Shown here: piece by piece, positions 60,033 through 64,000 of the stretch
Layout: every line of letters begins with the position of its first letter
Position numbering within the stretch: the stretch's first letter is position 1
Assembly: GCA_030765585.1 (NCBI GenBank)
Contig: JAVCCJ010000121.1
Coordinates: 7,233 to 71,232 of the forward strand
DNA length: 64,000 nt
Direction of reading: 5' to 3'
Source of the DNA: Candidatus Zapsychrus exili
Lineage (GTDB): Bacteria > Omnitrophota > Gorgyraeia > Zapsychrales > Zapsychraceae
The notes under the pieces: model-generated
The model's database searches: none
The model's input: the letters and a program-made list of their open reading frames with translations, nothing else
Told to the model about the DNA's origin: nothing
Program-made: the position numbers and the translations under genes

Positions 60033-63000
60033 AAGCACCAGCTGATGCAACTTACAATCCTATTTATAACAGAATTAGTGGAAAGATAGTAGAAAAGCTA
60101 GATACTGAAGATGGAATTATTATAACTGTAAAAGATGGAGAGAAAGAGGCTTCTTATATAGTTGTTGCAACTCATTTAAATGAAGACGACATAGTAATGG
60201 AGGGAGCTCTTTTAGGTGTATCTTTTGATAAACAAGCTTCTGATGAAACTTTAGAAGAACAAATAGAGATGCAAATAGCAGATATAAGAGAAGGCATAGA
60301 AGATAAAGAAGAAAGAGTTGATGAGATTTTAGATGATGTTGCAAAATTCTTATCTACAAAAGCTATGTTTGTAGATCAAGGATCATTTGAGTATGAAACA
60401 TTGGTTGAGAAATTAAAAAACAATGATTTAAGTACAAGATTAGCTGTTGTATCAGCTTTGGTTAATGCATATGGCGTTGATCCTAAAAATACAATTAATG
60501 GTCTTTTTGCAAGAAATAGCGAGTTAAGAGGCGAAGATCAAACAACTAATTTATTAGCATATGTAGGTCTTAATTATGTTCCAGGAAATGCAGTATTTAC
60601 AAAGGGTATTAATTTAGGCGGAAATAATAGTTTAGATATTGGTCTTGCAATTAATAGTCGTTATTCACAATTCTTACAAATTTTAAATATGACATTAGGA
60701 TATGAAGACCTTATTGCGAAACAAGGCGTAGGTGCTGTTTTAGGATGGATATTCTATGTAGAGGCTGCAGCAGAAGTATTTAATGGATTTCAAGGAATGA
60801 TAACAGGTTTTTCAGATAGAGGTGGAATTATAAGACCAATAAAAAGAGGAGTATGGACTGCTGTTTATGATGCGGCAGAAGAAAAAGGCGATCCTAGGAT
60901 AGTTGAAAAAGACGGAGAAACCATACTTAAGAAAGAGACTAAATCTTATTCAGTACATGTATCAGCTGCCAGCGCTATTAAAGATCTTATGAGAGAAACT
61001 TTAGGACATGTTATTCCTTCATTATTTGGTGATCCAGAGAAAGTTGCTATTTGGGAAGCAAGATACCCAATTTATCTTCCAGGAAATGTTCAACTAAGAT
61101 TCCTTAAAGAAGGTATTGCAAATACTGATGAGAATATTATTTATTCAATACAAAGAGGACGTGAAGGGGAGAAAGCAGAAGGACTTAAGGGAGATGCATC
61201 TGAGTATATCTTTGGCTATAAGATTGATTTAAACAAAACAACAGTGACTGAAGAGAATCCTTTAGGAACTAAAGAATTAATGTTTGCTTCTCGTATGTTT
61301 GCCAAAGATAAAAATGGTGAGCTTTTACTTAAAGAGTGGTTAGAAAAACCATATAACGCTATGTATAATAAAGAACCTGGCGAGATGTATATAGTTCCTT
61401 CAAGACATACATTAGAGAATGTTGGCGATCTAAGAGACGTTGCAAGGGGTTATGATTTTGATGCTGATGGAGAAAAAAGAACAATACTAGCTGCAGCAAT
61501 TCATCCTACAACTGGTGTTGTTATGAGAAAGTATTATAAATATGATGGTATACCTGCATCAAATCCTGTTCCTGCATTTGAGCGTGATGGTATGACAATA
61601 TATGTTGCTGAAAATGAATATACTTATGAAGACATAAAAGTTAAGTCTAATCAAGATCCAAGTTTATCAATAGGAACAGTAGATGATAAGCCAATTCATC
61701 CATATATTATATATAGCAAGCCTTTAGCTGATATAGGTTATTGGTTTGGTGCAGAGTCAACAGATAATACAACAGCACATATTATGAAATTTAGCAAAGT
61801 AGCAACAAATGAGTCAGTGAATATGTATGAATATGCAGGTACTCAAGAATGGACTGAAGATGTAAAAGATATTAAAACAACTGAATTGGTTTGGAAAAAA
61901 TATGACGACAAAAAAGAAACTCCAATTAGAACAGCTGTTAAAATGTTTAACCCTAACAAGGGTGTTGTTGATACAGATAAAATAACAGGTGAGGATAAAT
62001 ATTCAGGAGATTATACAGAAATTACATTACCTGAAGGTTTAATTATAGTTGATGAGAATACAGGCAATATTACAGGCGCAGATGAAATAGGAATTATCGT
62101 TGAAAAACCAGCTGAGGTACCTATTGCGGTTGCTCATCTTATTGATCGCTCAGTATATTTATACACTCAAGAAGAAGTTGATGCGCTTTATTTACATGAG
62201 GCAGGTAAAGATTTAAAAGTTAATTTTGTTTGGGATTTTGCTGGAGCAGATTCTAGAAAAATTAATGTAATAAGAAATAATTCTAATCATGATGATCAAA
62301 CTGTAATGATAGTTGGTGGTCTAGGTCTTGATACAAAGGTAGACGAAAATGATTCAAAAGATCAACCTGAGGTAGGAATTTTAGAATATAGCAGAGCTAG
62401 CAGCCTTGAATATCAAAAAATATTTACAAAAATGGTAAACAATAAAGCGTTAGGTATGATTACTCGCGAAGATGGAACTATTGAGCTTATAACAAAAGAT
62501 AACTTCCCTGTTACAGAGCAGATAATAGAAAGTGTACCTGAGAAAGAATCTGATGATTTAGCAAGATATGCAAGAAAAGACCTTATGAATGTTGGCGAGG
62601 TTGAAGGTTTAATATCTATAGCTGGCATAGATGATATAGATGGAGAAATCAAAGCGCTTATAAATAAGACATTAGGATTAGAAGCTGATATATCAAGTAA
62701 AGATGCAGCTTATATTAAGGCAAAAGCAGAATATGAAAAAGATTTAGATCAGCTTGTATCAATTGAAGCTGTTTTAGGCCAAGAAAGTTTCTTTGCAAGA
62801 ACACATGCAATAAACGCTATGTTAAGAGGTTTTGAAGAAGAACAAAAGAAATTAGATGATGCTATTACAATAGGCGAAATTATAGCAAAGATGTCTGTAG
62901 GTGAAAATTCTGAGACTGGCGAACTTCAAATTAATTATAAAGATTTTATGACAGATTTAAGAGAAGAAGCAGTAGATAGAAATATGGATATTAATGATTT

Positions 63001-64000
63001 ATTAGAAAAGAAGATTATAAATTATTTTAATTCACAATTCTTTAAGAGTAGCGATGTTGCAGCTCTTGAAGAAGAAATTAGAAAAGCACAAGCTGCTCTT
63101 AATAAACTATATCATTTTAATGAAAATGATCCATTTGTAACATTTGATGAAGCTTATTTACATGTATATGGTCCTTGTGGAGTTGTACCAGGAACACTTG
63201 TTCAATCAGCAGATTTATTACTTCCAGCAGCGCAAATATCATTAGATTCGCTTCAAATGAATTTAACTACTGCAGAAGCTCTATTAAGCGATATAGAAGT
63301 AAATGGCTATGCTGACAATAGTAATACTTACAACAATATAGTCTTTACTCAAGAGAAGATATCAGAAGGCTTTACATATGAAAAAACAGATGACGGACAA
63401 TCAGATATATTATGCTCAACTATGGGTCGTATACAAAGATTAGAGCATGCTGTTATAAAGTGGCAAGCTGAATTAGTTAAAGCACAAAGTAATGTAGAGT
63501 GGAAAGCAATGGTAGAAGAGAATTTAGCACAAACTCAAAGTTGGTTAGCTTTAGAGAAAGACACATTTATTTTATTGCTTAAGATGAGTGTTATTTATTA
63601 TGATCCTACAGGTTTATTCTACACCGAAGCAAAAGAGATGCTTAAAGATGTTATTGCTCTTGCAGAAAGAAGAGTAGCATTAACATCAGAAGATATTAAT
63701 TTATTAGAGAGAGCAAAAAATACTAATATTCCAAATTATCAAGGACTATTCCTTATACCTCTAGAGTGGGACGAAGCAGAACTAGGCCCTCGCGATTCTG
63801 ATGTTTATACAATACCAGAAGTAGAAGCATATTGGATGTCTCGTCTTGTTGCAATTGATATGGAAATAAGAGCAATGCAAGAAATTATAACGAATAATGA
63901 AATAAGTGATGAAGCAAAGGCGCTGTTCGTACAGCTTATAGCTAATTTAGAACAAGAAAGAGACGACTACTATACAAATCATGCTAAGCCTGAGTTAGAA
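59909..64000 (+). CDS. Open frame (-1 relative to the giant ORF) running from 59909 to the window edge with no stop and no credible start codon; most likely the 3' continuation of the giant gene
   Basis: Frame 2 translation (NSHLFIF...ELLGFIVPDEDGDIEAPADATYNP... to ...YYTNHAKPELE) is protein-like for 4.1 kb. Inserting one A into the A4 run at 59907-59910 joins it in frame to the giant ORF (…MQLYKNSHLF…). Confidence 0.6.

Noticed and set aside
1-64000. Looked for tRNA, rRNA and CRISPR arrays
   Set aside because: There are no cloverleaf-compatible segments or regular repeat-spacer arrays. The intergenic repeats are irregular in spacing and length.

Overview
Low-GC (~35% GC) bacterial contig with three parts. 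(A) 1-13.6 kb holds housekeeping genes and the machinery half of a Tad/Flp (type IVb, T2SS-like) pilus locus. (B) 13.9-26.8 kb holds a hypothetical HTH protein, an unusually large tandem array of about 11 Flp/TadE/TadG-like prepilin genes sharing a (G/A)Q-x3-4-E(Y/L/F) class-III signal, then tadB and tadC. (C) A repeat-dense non-coding island at 26.8-30.2 kb carries a minus-strand YhcG_N-SNase fusion nuclease. It is followed by a giant gene of at least 9,925 aa (30255..60032) that almost certainly continues through a 1-nt frame break to the window end, giving more than 11,200 aa in the window. The machinery half contains a PilZ-PilT fusion ATPase, cpaB, a cpaC secretin with a TonB_C-like tail, a cpaE-cpaF fusion ATPase and a DUF192 protein; the housekeeping genes are a Cache-HAMP-PAS sensor, a 2-hydroxyacid dehydrogenase, a CN-hydrolase, mdh and a parvulin lipoprotein. 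The intergenic families in (C) include a MITE-like foldback, direct repeats, GGGTCAGACCC palindromes and an AATGTCCAATCTGA motif. The giant protein contains, from direct reading of the translation, a C39-like Cys-peptidase fold, an OmpA-like peptidoglycan-binding domain, two divergent SecA-type DEAD ATPase modules, an M50 intramembrane-protease motif set, several transmembrane clusters, and a C-terminal M23 peptidase plus SLT lytic transglycosylase pair. From established knowledge, this architecture next to a T2SS/Tad-like locus matches the giant membrane proteins described from Omnitrophota-like predatory ultra-small bacteria, so the giant gene is the most likely 'system' of interest here. 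No tRNA, rRNA or CRISPR array was seen. All domain calls come from reading motifs by eye; none could be checked with HMM or structure searches.
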